Positions 1 to 14,600 of a DNA stretch of 64,000 nt are shown here, piece after piece (positions within the stretch are counted from its first letter, which is position 1; the number at the start of each line of letters is the position of its first letter). The notes under the pieces were generated by a model. It saw nothing but the letters and a program-made list of their open reading frames with translations, was not told the origin of the DNA and did not search any database. The stretch is from contig JAQGDQ010000213.1 in NCBI GenBank assembly GCA_030141605.1, forward strand, positions 62,001 through 126,000. The letters run 5' to 3'. Origin of the DNA: Tubiluchus corallicola. Lineage: Eukaryota; Animalia; Priapulida. The translations under genes were made by a program, and so were the position numbers.

Positions 1-854
1 ATATCACATTTCATTCTCGGAAAATGTGTACACAAATTCTTTTTAATGTTAATGCTGGAACTGACAAGATGTTTTTCGCTCACATTTTGTCCAATGACAG
101 TTTTATCAGGGTCATATATGGACGAGGAGATACTTAAAGTGTTACTTGTCTTGGCTGTTTCAGAGAATGACGTTGACAAGTTTTTTCTGACTGCATTGCT
201 ATAAAAAGATTTGTCAGTTTGGCCTGATATTATTCGTGAAATCTTTTTGTCTAGGTTTACAACCAAGTTCTTAACTGTTTCCAGTTTTCTAGTGTTTGTT
301 GCGAATTTTCATGTCCTCTCGTGACTTAGTTTTTCAACATCTTTTGACTTCTTGATTAAATTTACAGCAAATGCTTTCATTTCTGCAACTGAGCTATACT
401 CAGCGTCATCTGCCTCGTTAGTACAGTTGGCATTATCATCCCGGTTGTTGTCATTATTATCGTTATCAACACCATCATAACTATCAACGTCAGAATCACC
501 ATCAGCATTGTTTACAGCAGCAAACCTGCCATCGAGGGCGGCGTCACGCTCATTTATTTGTTGGCTATTATAGCGTTGAGAGGCTTCGGACTGCTTTGTG
601 TAACAGTGGTTACAGATGACAGCAGTAATTTTTGTTGGCCAAATAGGCGATGCAGTTTTTCTGCAAATATCGCAGGCTGTTTTTTTGGGATTCATGCATT
701 GCTGACTAAGGTTCTCATCACAACTATGGGTAGCAGCACATTTGGCACATACAACAGCACTAATCTTTGTAGGTTGCACTGGTTTCTGGGTAGACCTACA
801 TATTTTGCAGCCTTTGTTTTGTGTTTGAGATGCATGCTGGTCTGAATCCGCCAT
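1..854 (-). mobile_element. Probable ORF1 (gag-like) of a non-LTR retrotransposon, interrupted by one in-frame TGA and running off the window edge
   Basis: ATG at 854. Two repeated CxxC...CxxC modules (CKIC..CAKC; CDIC..CNHC), an acidic linker and a coiled-coil-like segment. After TGA (309-311) the same frame stays open to base 1: KFATNTRKLETVKNLVVNLDKKISRIISGQTDKSFYSNAVRKN...YDPDKTVIGQNVSEKHLVSSSINIKKNLCTHFPRMK. SFYSNAVRK resembles the SYA-x-(A/V)-V-K motif of LINE ORF1s. No introns. ORF1 identity is inference. Confidence 0.55.
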
Positions 855-1152
855 GCCTTTGGGCCTCAAATAGGCCTGCTTGTTGGCCTATTCAAAGTTG
901 TTGACTGGCTTAATTACCTAGTCCAACCAGTGCAGGTACAAGTGGCTATAGTTGCAATAATAATTTTTTAAACAAAGAGTTATTTCTTTACCTCAAGATT
1001 TCAAGTCTTCAGGTTCTTTGCAGTTGAAAATATCACCAATGGATTGTTCACCAATTTACGATTTTTACACTATAAGTTTTGTCACAAAACTTTTTAATAA
1101 ATTATTAAAAAATGATAGTTTACTCGGAACAAAATACTCATGAGGAGAATGA

Positions 1153-1166
1153 AAGAGAGAAAGAGA

Positions 1167-1257
<91 letters not shown>

Positions 1258-1268
1258 CGAGAGAGAGA
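1153..1268. repeat. (GA)n microsatellite
   Basis: Seen directly. Confidence 0.97.
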
Positions 1269-1339
1269 GTTTCATTAGTTAGTCAATCAATCATTCAATT
1301 ACTCACATATGTATTTATTTTCGTTTAATATTTTGTAAA

Positions 1340-1535
1340 GTAATGCACTTCGTTCGTTTTCTTTCGTGGTTGAGCCCTAATTGTAGTATGATGTAGTTTG
1401 CTGGCTAGATAACCTAGTGTGGCCTACAGGTTCTTCGCTGCCCTTCTCCTTTGTTACATAATATTGCATGTATTCCTAATACTGTATTTTGATAATTCTT
1501 GCGGAGTCAATAAATAAATTGAATTGAATTGAATT
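1340..1535 (+). mobile_element. 3' tail of a LINE/SINE (CR1/L2/RTE-type) ending in AATAAA plus (TTGAA)n
   Basis: caataaataaattgaattgaattgaatt at about 1508-1535. Short tandem tails are typical of these 3' ends. Confidence 0.45.
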
Positions 1536-2271
1536 TGCTTAATCATTGGTTCATTTTTCTTTCATTGTTTGATAGGGTCCTACAGTTTGTTCAGCGAATG
1601 TATCTGATTATTCAATCAACTTTTATGCCATTGATTCTTCGTATAAAATTGAGCACGTAGCCACACAGCCATCTGTGTTATATCGTTATGCTTCAAACAA
1701 CTGTACACTGTTCACTCCTGGAGAACTGTCATTTGGTAGGACGAGTTAATTGTACACTCTTTAAGTAAACATCTTGATCCGTTTGTAAGGAATGAAAAAG
1801 TCCTAGTGCTTAAAATTGTTTATTGTTAAACACAAAAAGTTAAATTTTGGCTTTGAAAAGTAATACTGTAAGTCCTTGCTTAATGATCTTAATCGCCATT
1901 TTAGTCCCAATTTGAATCGTCGAAACTGTGCCACTTTATGATGAACATTTTGTTCTAATAAGCAATTTTTGGTTCTACTTAAAGCAGTATACTGCTACAG
2001 TATTCAAAAATTCCCATACTTTTATTTTTATGCTAGTTGATTTATTACTTGTTTAACTACTGATGTTATATATAGTAAACAATTTTTTTTCAGTTAAAGT
2101 ACTCAATAATAACCATGGATATTTGAGTATTGTACTGCTTGTGCCACTAGAAACAGCTAAATCATCATCACCCAAGAAACAAGACGTGTCTGTTCAGATG
2201 GTTATGATCAAAAAATAACAGGTGTACAGTATCATAAGAATATTACGCCCATTTGAGCAAAATAATGGTTT

Positions 2272-2970
2272 AGGCACGTTTCCTAGAAAAAGTGTTTCCC
2301 AGAAAACTCTCTCTCTCTCTCTCCCATTTGTTAGTACCCTCGTCTTTTCTCTTTCTGCTTCTAATTATTTACAGCATGTTAACTAAGAGGACTATCACAA
2401 TCCTTGAAAATGATACAATGTGTCGAGTACAGCAGAGTAACTCATGTTGATATTTTCCATCACATTGCAACTTATTGATTTCAATGTTTTCACAGTCACA
2501 GTCAGATGCATGTACATCCTCCCTAAACCAGAAAAACTAAAGAAACTAAACTAGAGAATAGTGAGATTCCTAAGCAGTCACCCAACTAATCAGTTGCCAG
2601 GCTCGACATTGTTTCGCTTCAGTAGCCAATCACACACTGTGATTACTCACTATTACGTATATGCAATGATCAACATGATTCGCTATATAATCGTCCTACC
2701 GTTATAAATTTACTTCCTTGCTTTATTGAATTGGCCAACTTTTTTATCATATAATCGATATTAGCCAATACATGTAGTTACTACTTTTCATTTCGCATCA
2801 TTTATTTTAAAAAGGATTTATTACGTTTTCCGTGAATTTTATTTTTTGGGAAATGGTGATTCTGGGAAAAATCTTTTCTAGGAAATTTTTTTAGGAAGTA
2901 AATTTTTCTGGCAAAATAGCTTTCTGTGAAGTTTTTTTGTTGGGGAAATTTTTTTCTGGGAAACGAGTCT
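2272..2970. mobile_element. MITE-like element with inverted termini and an array of subterminal ~15-bp repeats
   Basis: Left end cacgtttcctagaaaaagtgtttcccagaaaa is inverted relative to right end ttttctgggaaacgagtc. About 9 degenerate TTTTCTGGGAAA units at 2825-2965. Confidence 0.5.
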
Positions 2971-4619
2971 ACTCCCAAAATAATATCACTGTTGTGCAAC
3001 GAAAATTTATGTTCACGGTTGCTCTGTCTATCCATTCTTTATCATCTCTGTGACAGAGCACGGCAGCTTTGCCATCTTAGTTTGTTATTTAAATTAATAT
3101 AATTTTTAGCTGCCTAAAGTGTCGCCAAACTTAGTTGGCAAAAGGTCAATCTGACAGTCATTTAAGATACTAGAATGTTATTTGCTAGTAAAATTTGCTG
3201 CGTATCTGCATTGCATTGTGTAATTTTTAATTAAGATAGGTTAACTAAAATCTATTTTAATTTTTTAGTAAATGCTAATTTTCACAAATTTTGAAAATTT
3301 CATGAAAAATTTTGCTTGTTATCATTGTGCAATAGACATGATACTGGAAAGCAAGAGTACAGCTATGTAGATAATAGCCGTTGCCCTCATTTCTGAGGTT
3401 GAATAAGTATCTTCTGAATTGTTTGTATGGTATGCATCGTTAACTTTAAGGACATCAGTTGCTAAGGACATTTTCAAATTCTTAATTCAGCTAGTATGAT
3501 GTCATTTGTTAAATATCCCACAATAGCTAATCAAAACAAATCAAAATTAATTAAAATCTACTTCATTAATGAACAAAACATTTTTTCAATTGCATGTTGC
3601 TGACTGCTAGTGTGCAATAGAAATGTTCTTATTTTTTAATAAAAAGAAATGATAAAAACTCCGTTGGCTATTCTGGGGTATTTAAAGTAAAACTAAACCC
3701 TCACTATAATATAAGCTTTTTACAACTTAAGATTCTACTGTCATTACAAAAATCAATTTATTTTATTATAAACTTACTGTAAAATTTGTTTCTTTTAATT
3801 AAATTTGAAGAACCGCCATTTTTGTTGTGCGAGACTAATGACGAGGCGCTGGCACAGTTACGAAGTCACTAAAGATCGGTAAACAAACATCAGTTGCAAA
3901 AGACATTTTCTGTACCTCATACATCATTCTTGCTGTCTTGCGCCAAATACTCGTAAACTTGGCAATGTTTACGGCAGTGCATTCGTTCGAAATGCGCCAG
4001 AAAAAGGTAAATTATTTAGTTTATAAGTCTCCTTGCTTAACAATAACTATAAATTTCTTGTGTAATCATAATAATGTGTTAAAATAGGCCTTTATCTAAG
4101 TATTTGTAATGTGCAAACATTTTTTACTTTGTACATCTTTGGTCAGTATTGTTAGTACTTCTTTATTGTTTTAAAACCGTAAACATTTTTTGAGCCATCA
4201 ACATTTTTGAGACTAAGTACTGTCTATTTACATTCAAGGGAAATAGATTATTGTCTTAATAAGCTATTTTACACGTGGTTTGTGTACATTCTTTTAATTT
4301 AACTGGTTTGTTGAGAATGGCGAATTTCGTTATTGTTATATTTTTGTAAGTTGCATTCCATTAGTGAGGTGCTTTACACGTGCCTCTATAATATTGTTAT
4401 TGTTGAGTGTCAAGCAAATTTTGTCTTATGTTACAAATATATTTAATGAGGAAACCAATGAGTTGTGTGTAATAACTGAAGTGCATTTGCATTTGGCCCA
4501 TTTTGTTTGACCTTAGACATTCTACATAAAACAAAGTATCAGAGCTTCCAAGAAATTATGAAAATAGTGCGATTTTTTTATTGTACTTTGGGCTTAATGT
4601 CTCATGTGAGCATTTTACA

Positions 4620-4835
4620 AACTTGAGGGCACTCGGTAGAGGTGCCCACCCGTGCCCTTGCATGAAGTCAGCATAGATAAAAATGTATTTTCACCTTGAC
4701 TTTTGACTCTCTAGAGTTTCCTTGGTTTGTGCCAATTTTGGTGACTATAGTTTCAGCTTTTATTTTACTGTGCACCTCACACACAGACTCGATTAAACAT
4801 CGTACCCACGTTCTGACTACTGTTGGGCGAAGCTG
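4620..4835 (+). mobile_element. Short non-autonomous Helentron/HINE-like element
   Basis: Starts aacttgagggcactcggtagagg, contains accttgactttttgac and ccaattttggtgactatagt motifs, and ends in an imperfect hairpin acccacg...tgttgggcg. This architecture is common in invertebrate Helentron-derived repeats (inference). Confidence 0.4.
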
Positions 4836-6829
4836 CTCAATTTTCTGTTGGATTTGTGTATTTATTTTTTAAAGCTTGTTTTGACTCGAAAACACACCAA
4901 GTGTAAAGTCAAGTAAATGTAAAACTAACCTGATAAGATCACTCCGATTAGAGATGAGTAATAAACATTCCTAGGCAAAGACAAGCTTCACCCAAATATG
5001 TGCTTGTGTGACTTTTTAATGCTATTGCACATTATGATTTACAGTTTGACATTTTATAATTCACTTGTGACTCTGTATTGTTTCAGTTTTTTCTAACCCG
5101 TGTTTTCCAAAAGTTGGTATTATTGTCTTCAAAAGACTGTTTGTTAATTTTGTTTTCTATAGTATGAAAATACTGAGATGATGGGCCATTATTTCCTGTT
5201 TATTATTTATTATTTGTGCTCAGCAGCTAAATTGTATGATAATATAAAATGGTGCCTTGAGGATGATATAAATTTTTTATTTTTCATAATATATTTTGTT
5301 ATAATATTTATGTGTAGTATATCGGAAAGTGGATATATAAATTGCTATGATAATAAATTAATTTACTTAAGCATCTTTTGTTTCTTTTTTACTTGAGTAA
5401 CAGATAATCAGTATTGTTTACTTGTGCTTTTGTGGCTAGGCCTATTGAGGCCCTTGGTATCATTTATGCTTAACAAGCTTGCAAATAATCTAGCTGTGGG
5501 TACCCAGCTGCTAAATCATTATTTTTCATAAGAACAAATTGCTTAGGTGACTCGGCAGAACTGAGACAAGAAGAAGAGATAGAATTCGTTGAAATGACGA
5601 AAGGAAAATGAAAATAACAGTAACAATGAAAAATGTTAATACGATAGGCAATAACAAAATCAAGTAAACTATTGTATGAGTTAATAAAGAAATGTTCAAA
5701 TTGAAGGTGAAAACTGCGGCAGTTAGTGTTATACATCAGTTGAAATTGATCTGATGTCAAACAACACGTAAATTGAAAATAATCCAGGACGAATCAAAGT
5801 GTGAAGTATAAAAATAAAATGCGGGTTAAACGGCAATGTAAGCGTCCATGAAGCAATAACAATTGTATATTGCTGGCATTAACATTAAAGCGGAAATGAC
5901 AAGCAAAAAAGCATAATTTGTGGTGCGTAAAAATTAATTTGATCAAAGGCGAAGTTTAGTGCTGATAGGAAGGGTACCATGATTTAATTTTTTGTGTGCA
6001 TGTGAGAATATTTCTCAATCTTAGCGATTTTGTAATGCACTAAAGTCATTTTTCCATACGCAACTGTTTTTAGTGTTAAAGTCCCGCACGTAGGATCGTA
6101 ACAGAAATGGCAATTTTCGGACAAAGTTGTCGTTTTGGTGAAATGTGCTGTTTGACGTTGAAAACAGCGTTCTTTCTCAATTTTACAGTGAAGAACGTGT
6201 TTGCGCGCATCAGCTTATAAACTATTGATAAAATTGATAAACAGTTTATAAACATTCGTAAACCATTAGATACGCGTGGGGCCCTGGGGGTTTTTACCAA
6301 CTGTAAACGCAAAATTTTGATGATGTTTTAAAGTGGGCCACAAAATCAGTCAGTCCATGTTGTTTCTATCTAAAAGAAAATTGAATAAAATATGTTGTTC
6401 TTATGCGAAAACACATTTGTGATCACATAGGCTTTAGTAGAAGGTATATCCACGTGTAGAAAATGTTTGTGAGCAATATGTCATCGAGGGAGAAGTTTGA
6501 ACATATACTGTCACACTAGATCGCGTTAAGTTTAGGGGACCTTAACGTAAGATGAGCAATCGAGGTAGGCGTAAATGATATACATGTATTACTATGATAC
6601 TATGATGCTTTCTTCATAAATCATATATAGTCTAGGCACTTTGTGAAAAATGGGGACCCTTCCCACTATTTGCAACAATTTTTTTCTAACTGATCTAATA
6701 TCATCGCTTAATAACATGTGTAATATGCCGAGAGGTACCCTGGCGAAAAGCACTGAAAAATGCAAAATTGATGACGTCATAACTCGCCATTAGTACCTAT
6801 GTAAAAATTTGTATAGCGACAAATGTAAA

Positions 6830-7800
<971 letters not shown>

Positions 7801-10354
7801 CTTTAATAGCTTTTCACAAGAGTCCCGGTAAATGTCATTTAAATGCTAACTCACAGCTAATTTTGTGATTCCTTAGTGCGGAAAAATACACGCGTTGTGT
7901 AATAACCTTTTCAAGACAGTGTTTTTCAGTTTTCTTGTAAAGAAGATTAAAGGGTCGCCTACGCTTTTCGCCCTTGGCGCGCCCTTGACGACACAAGGTA
8001 TAAAAGGAAAATCTTTTCAGAATGGAGGTCAGATATAACCTGCAGGCACTAAGGCTTAGCAACTGCCAAAAACAGTTACTTTTTCGCGATTTCAGTACTC
8101 AGGGTATTAGAACTAATGACAAACTCTCAGCTCTATTCAGAACGGAAAATTTCCAGGGTTAAAAATTTGAACTTTTTAAACGTTCTTGAGTACTATAAGG
8201 CGTTTGAATAGAAAAGAAGATGATACAAATTTATTTTGCAACAGCCATTAAATTACAGTTGCTACAAATACAACAATATTGAGTTCCAGAAAGGGACTGT
8301 GAGGAAGAAGGCAGCTAATGCTTTCTAACCATTCTTCTTATAACACACAACACATTGGATAAGCCAAATTAATTTATTTTATGATTTTTTGTCATTTTTT
8401 CATTTGTCAAAAGTTACTTAATTTTGCTACAGGCACATCAGTTTAAAATGCTTCAACTTTCTTGTCAATAGGTGCCACTACCCTGTGCATAACTATATAT
8501 TCAACTAGCATTGTCTACGTGCCATCTATTGTAATTTGTGTGTACTAACAGATTGCTCTTCAAATCTACGTTAGCAAAAGAAAAGACTTAACGCCATATT
8601 AATTTACTTTCAATTTCGTACGACACCCAGTCATTGTGGAAAAAGCCATAAAACTAAAATTTACAAATAGAAAGAACTACCATAACATATCCCTTCTAGT
8701 GATAAAGTTCGTTGTTTTTCTTTTGTCTTCCACAAATGTTTATCTGGAAACAAATCACATAATTTAACTTGCTTATTTCAGAACTGCCTCTAGCGCAGCT
8801 TAACACTAAACTTTGTCGTACAATATTTATAACAGTTTAATTCAGGTTTCTTTTACTGAGCATTCGAACGTTATTCTCTTATTCAATCTGCCATTAACTG
8901 TTTCATAACGTATTACGTTTCAGTTAATTGCAAACGAAGACGCTGAAAGTTATCTGTGAGATTTATAAATACTATCGTGGCTTTTTTATAAACTTTTGAT
9001 TGTGCTTGTCTTAAGCTTTCACCTTCACTAAAATATTCTCGCTTAAATAAAGTAATTTTTACTGCGATTTATTCACGCTCGAGCCTTTAGTTAAAGCTTC
9101 CTTAAAAACTCTTTCGCAAATGACACGTGCGTCGAAGAGAAGTGAATCGATTTTTTACACTGAGATAGCTTAATTGTTTTATTTAACTTCTAGCAACACT
9201 GATACTGTTTATTCTACATGAGTTATCTAACTATTCGCACCGAACTGGCTTGCTTAGTTACTTTTAAGCCCTGACTATGCAGACTGTTTATTTGAATATT
9301 TTCGCTCGGAGTCTGTTTATTAAGAACATTAATCAAATACACACTTATTCCGAGCAGGCTCATTTATATGATTGTCTTAATCGTACTCATATGCTGAGGG
9401 TTTATTTACATCATGGTCACATTAAAAAGGTTACTCAAACTTATTTATTATCACACAGTCAATTTGCAATTTAATAACGTTAAACGACTGAACAACGATA
9501 TTCTCTGATTTCATAACACGATTTCTTCTACAATATATTGAAAACAAACAACAATAAAATAATATCATCACATTTATACTGTACAACAGCAAAAAATATC
9601 TCGTACAACGGCAACCTTTGTACTTACTTTGTAGAATTTAGTGAGTTTTAATATTTCAGTTCGGTCGAAGTGTTATGTGGAAAACACCTTAACAATACTA
9701 AAAATGTACTACACAACAAGTTTATTATAATCTTTGTTTTGTAAGCGTGTTATCGTGTTATCGCATAATTAGTAACTCTACGTAACATAAACAGAGACAT
9801 TAAATTACAAAGCTCTGTAAAACCAGAAAGAAATTTTTACATATTTATTTAATTCAGCATAATTTTAAAACTCAGGTAACTTTTCAAATATCAATGCTCT
9901 TGCTGCAGCCCCGCTACTGCTAGCTCAAAAGAACAATTTTGAAGTTAAGCCAGCATTCACAAACAAAAAAAATTTGTTTGGGTGAGTTGTGCCCCCCCCC
10001 CAAATTATTATTTGTCCAAAATAACGCATTAACAAATAATGCAATACGGATTAAAAGTATCAATGTATCATAGGGGCCGTAAATTCACAGCTGAGCATAG
10101 TAGCTCAAGAGAAAGTACATTTTAGTTACAGAACATTAATTCTTGATACAGCGTGTTTGTTCTTGTCTTGCAAATCTCTACTCTCACAAGATGCAAACAG
10201 ACTTTATCTAAATATATTTTACGAACCGGACTGAAGCCAATCCACACTGTATAGGTTTGTCCTGTATTGGACGACAGCTACGTAACTTCACATTTTTATG
10301 AAACTTACGTTGTATAATTTAAGAGCGCTGCTTAGTATTCATTAATGTACAAAT

Positions 10355-11509
10355 TTACATCATTGTTTCAGCACAGACCGATGTTGTGTTTGATCTAAAG
10401 TTCTTATAATAATATTGGCTTCCAAAATTGAGTCGCCCCTTACACTTGTTCTCTTCTGGTTTTCCTAGTCTGCAACAGCTACAAGCTTTTTTGAAACCCT
10501 TGCGAAAATTATTCGATATCAGCGCGTAAATTATGGGATTTAGACTAGAATTTGCGTATGACAAAACGTGTGAAAACAGTTTGAATGCGTAAAAGAATTT
10601 GAGAAACTGACCATTCTCAGTCAGCTTTGGATCATTCTGATCCAGCCCCCAGCTGATCCACATGGTTGACACATGATGGGGTAGCCAACATATTCCAAAA
10701 ACTATGACGATGACGGCTACTAGCCGAGTGACTTTTTTCTTGTTTCGTATCTGCTCGGACGTAGGTTTATTTGGTCCTTCACACATCCACAAAGTTCGAA
10801 CCATTTGGATGTTGAGCACGAGTATAAAAACAAATGGACACGCGTATCCAATAAGAAAAAACATGAGCATGTACACGTGTCTGTGTTCGATAACTGGCCA
10901 TACATCGACACATATTGTTGTGTTCATTCCGTTTTCGTATTGATGGCGGATTTCGTAAGCGATAGGCCACTGTAAAGACATGGCAGTTGATGCTAGCCAG
11001 ATCACAATGCACACGAACAGCGCGCCACCTGGCGTGCGGATGCGTATGGATCGTAAGGGATACACTATCGCCAAATATCGGTCCAGGGACATGGCCATCA
11101 ATGTAAATATACTCGCCATCATGCTGCAGTACTGGACAAAGTGAACGATCTTGCACATGAATTCGCCAAAGATCCAACTCGGGAGAGTATAGATGAGGGC
11201 GTGAAACGGAACGCAGAACAACAGGAACAGCAAATCGGCTAAACTCAAGTTCAGAATGAACAAATTTGTCGTGTTCTTTGACTGGCTCTTGTTGCGCAGT
11301 ATGACAACGATCACTAGAACATTTCCGAGACATCCCACGATTACAACAATCAGAAAGATTGTTGGAACGACGATGGCTGCCGCTTGAAAAACCCCTACAG
11401 CATTTTCAGTGCCATTTGGAACTTGCCAGCTGAATGATTCATTCACTTCGTGGATTGAAAGTTCAGAGGGCGCAACAGAACTAGGTGCACTTCGTGGGTC
11501 CGACGCCAT
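10355..11509 (-). CDS. Class A (rhodopsin-like) neuropeptide GPCR, galanin/allatostatin-A receptor family, galanin-receptor-like; intronless CDS, 384 aa
   Basis: Seven hydrophobic segments. TM1 GN, TM2 NLSLADLLFLLFCVPF, ECL1 WIFGEFMCK, TM3 SLDRYLAIVYPL, TM6 CWLPHH, TM7 NSSLNPIIY, helix 8 NFRKGF, CSCC palmitoylation-like site, N-terminal N-glycosylation sequons (NES, NGT). Confidence 0.93.
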   Translation of the reverse strand: MASDPRSAPSSVAPSELSIHEVNESFSWQVPNGTENAVGVFQAAAIVVPTIFLIVVIVGCLGNVLVIVVILRNKSQSKNTTNLFILNLSLADLLFLLFCVPFHALIYTLPSWIFGEFMCKIVHFVQYCSMMASIFTLMAMSLDRYLAIVYPLRSIRIRTPGGALFVCIVIWLASTAMSLQWPIAYEIRHQYENGMNTTICVDVWPVIEHRHVYMLMFFLIGYACPFVFILVLNIQMVRTLWMCEGPNKPTSEQIRNKKKVTRLVAVIVIVFGICWLPHHVSTMWISWGLDQNDPKLTENGQFLKFFYAFKLFSHVLSYANSSLNPIIYALISNNFRKGFKKACSCCRLGKPEENKCKGRLNFGSQYYYKNFRSNTTSVCAETMM

Positions 11510-11607
11510 TGGCTTGAATTATTATAGCATTATTGGGTGCGTTGAACGCATATAAAAGAAGCCTTTGGGAAAGCGCTGACGTCAATTAGCACAATTTATG
11601 CTATTTC

Positions 11608-11625
11608 CTAGAAAAAATAAGTAAT
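11608..11625 (-). promoter_or_regulatory. Candidate splice acceptor about 100 nt upstream of the GPCR ATG (5'-UTR intron)
   Basis: Minus strand reads ttacttattttttctag|gaaatagc: a polypyrimidine tract followed by AG at 11609-11608. Confidence 0.55.
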
Positions 11626-14600
11626 TTAATTAATAATCCTAAATCGCATTGCAAGAAAGCAAAATTTAGAATCTAAAGAGACTAAAATAGTAGCGCTCTA
11701 AGATTTTCATATCAAGTGATAAGTTCATAGTTGAGGCAAGAACGTGTTAAAATTATTTCACTTTCTCGCTAGTTTTCAGTTCTTGTAGGATATATCTCTA
11801 CATTGCTTTCTCCAAGTAGTGAGAAATTTTCTCGATTTACTAATACAGTATATTTCTTCAAAATGAGTTCCAGTTCTCACAGAGAGAAAAATGATATTAC
11901 CTTAAAGGTAGTGATATACCTCGAGTAAAGCAATATTAACTTGTGAGACTGGGATACTGCCATGAGGAAAATAGATGCTATCTTAAGGGAGCGAAATGTC
12001 ATTACAATGAAGCTAGATGGAAATCAGTTAGGTTTGCGCTATGCGCGCAGATGTTTGCTGTTTTTTTTTTTGCTTAAAAAGGGTTCAAGTTGCAGAACTT
12101 TGTCTTCTTAGTAGAAACACGGCAGCTTACTATCGCTTGCCTTATTGCTGAACCACCTAATTTATTTACAGCTTCACTAACAAAAACCCCTTTAAAAAGA
12201 CCTTTCGTTACCGTTTAGCTAATATCATTCACTTGTTAACTAAACCTGATTTGGTCGTACAAGTAATTGACATTTATTTAAAATAATAAAGTTGCTTTTG
12301 TGATCCAATAAAAGTAGAAGGTTTTAGGAAAGCAACGAGGACAAAGGCATCATTATCTTTTCCATTTTCTAGACGCGGCACGTAATAAGTAACATATTGC
12401 TTTTGTTCATTGCCTTTGAAGACTTCACTAATATGACGCAAAGACTAAACGCAACCTGGAGCAGCACTTTAAGTTTCTTGAAGGGTAAAAGATCATAATA
12501 TCATTTTATGAATTTTTTTCTGTTGTTTTACAATGAAATAAGCAGAACCACCCATTCGCCACTACTCTTTAAAAGTAACTGTAAGTTTTGGGAAACTTTG
12601 TAGAATAATTCAGAATTTATTATCATTTTGCAAGAGGACACTATTCACTCGCCATTAAGCGTGCATGGTTTACGAATACCTCTTGATACCAGAAGGAAAT
12701 TTGTTTGCGTCAAAAATGGGGTCTTAATGTTGCAGTTGCGATCGCAGTGTCGTGTTGCTAAGTCCGCTACTGCTATTGAATGAAGCGCAGAAAAGACTTC
12801 AACTCTGTCACTGTTCCGTTTCTAAAAGAAGGAATAAGCTACTCAGTATGTTGGGTTTATTTTTCTGTTATCACTTAATTTAGACGAATATAACAAAGAA
12901 ATTTGCAAAATGCTTTCTATAAACATAAATGTAAAATATACTACGTTTGAATACAAATTTTCAGGCGTGGTGGTTGCCGCCATTCGTTTGAGAATTATGA
13001 CTTAACTGGGAGGACTTCGTGGCTTTTCGTAAGCGTGTGCCGCTTAAACTAATTCAAACTTCTGCAGCTTACCTAATACTCACGCAAAAATGTTAAAGAA
13101 TCAGCTGTCTAATTTTTCTGTAAAAACTTATTATACCTTTGACGAAGATTGAGAGTGCGGCTATTTTTCTTCAGGACGAATGACCTCATTGGAAGAAGAG
13201 TGGATGTTTAAAATGGGAGCGCCCAAACATGAAATGATCGCGACTTTAAACAGATTTTACTAATTACACGAGATGCCTATTGAAGTTTTATTACTAAATC
13301 CTTCTAACATTTTTTGCGAACATTGAAATAAGCCTAACTTTCCAGAAGGCTTATCCTTTCCTTTAATAATGCTACAAATTCTATGAAAAGACGCTGGTAA
13401 TAATCTAAACTTTTCAAGTAATTGCCGCAAGACATGAACCATAGATTTGTTGTGGTGACTATTTAGAGTACTCAGATATTTTTGCTGTACAATTCCACTG
13501 AATTTCTAGCAATATCAAAAGAGCTAGTACTAACGATTCTCATGCATTTTCGAAACTACTATTCAAAAACCAGATAAGACTATATCATGTTCTTATACAC
13601 CAAATGAAAGAATACTTGAATTACGTTTTTGGTTAACTCAAACGTCACAAATTGCAGTCACAAGTCAGAATCACAATGTGATTCCGTTTCACTTCTGAAA
13701 AAAGGTTGTATTTGTTGTGACCCGTTGAATTGTTACCCTACGATGGTGAGCTCATTTGGTGCATAAATTCCAGAAATTATCACTTCCCGTCTAGTGCCCA
13801 TCAGTCTCGTGATCGCTCAGTGATTTCAAACCAGCCCAATTAGATTCCGTTACCTTGGGTCAGTCACTGCACAACGCACATAGGCAGGACAATGCTGGTC
13901 TATACCTATTCTTGTGTTTGTACAGGCTAGATGCGCGCTATCCTCAACCGAGTATTCTCTATTCTATCCACTAAGGATCATATTTATCTCAAATTGCATT
14001 GAACAGTTTATTGTCACTTGTGAGTAACTGAATGAGGGGCGAGGCGACAGAACGAACATGTAATACTATTTTGCTAACTTTCATTTGCACTCTTTCACCG
14101 AATAACTACAAAGCTCAATATGTACTTAACGTTGTGCAATGTTTTGTATTCAAAACTAATGCCAATAGGAAATTAGATGCTTAAGAAAAGATTCTTTATT
14201 CAATGTCTCCGACGAAGAAAAGATTTTTTATTCAATGTTTCCGGCGTTTTTAATCACTTATTTTAAAAACGTCGCAAATGTCGCAAAAGGGTAGAATGTT
14301 TTTAAAACAAGTAGTGTATGGGCAAACATCGTGTTTAATACACGCGGTAGCTATTTCATTCAAACAAACCAAAATGACGATGGTACATGTAGACTAGAAT
14401 CTTGGTTGGCTAAGTCTAAGCATATCCTACAACTTTGTTTATTTTTCAAAGACGTTTTATTTCAGTGATTCTCGACCATTTTTCGCCATACGAACGAATG
14501 AAATGACCGTTCCTCTTTTTCCAAGACTGTCTGATTTCTTATGTTGCCCTATGCGTCTTTTCGCATTGTCAGAATGTCATACATTCCTTCCATGCCAATT

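Noticed and set aside
309-311. Selenocysteine interpretation of the in-frame TGA
   Set aside because: No redox motif at that position, no SECIS visible in the window, and the context is transposon-like.
3681-6100. Kolobok-like TTAA-AG starts at about 3682, 5885 and 6076
   Set aside because: No matching opposite termini could be identified.
10704-11333. ORFs overlapping the GPCR (10704-10943 +, 10720-10911 -, 10779-11333 -)
   Set aside because: Alternative-frame or antisense shadows of the real CDS, with no recognisable motifs.
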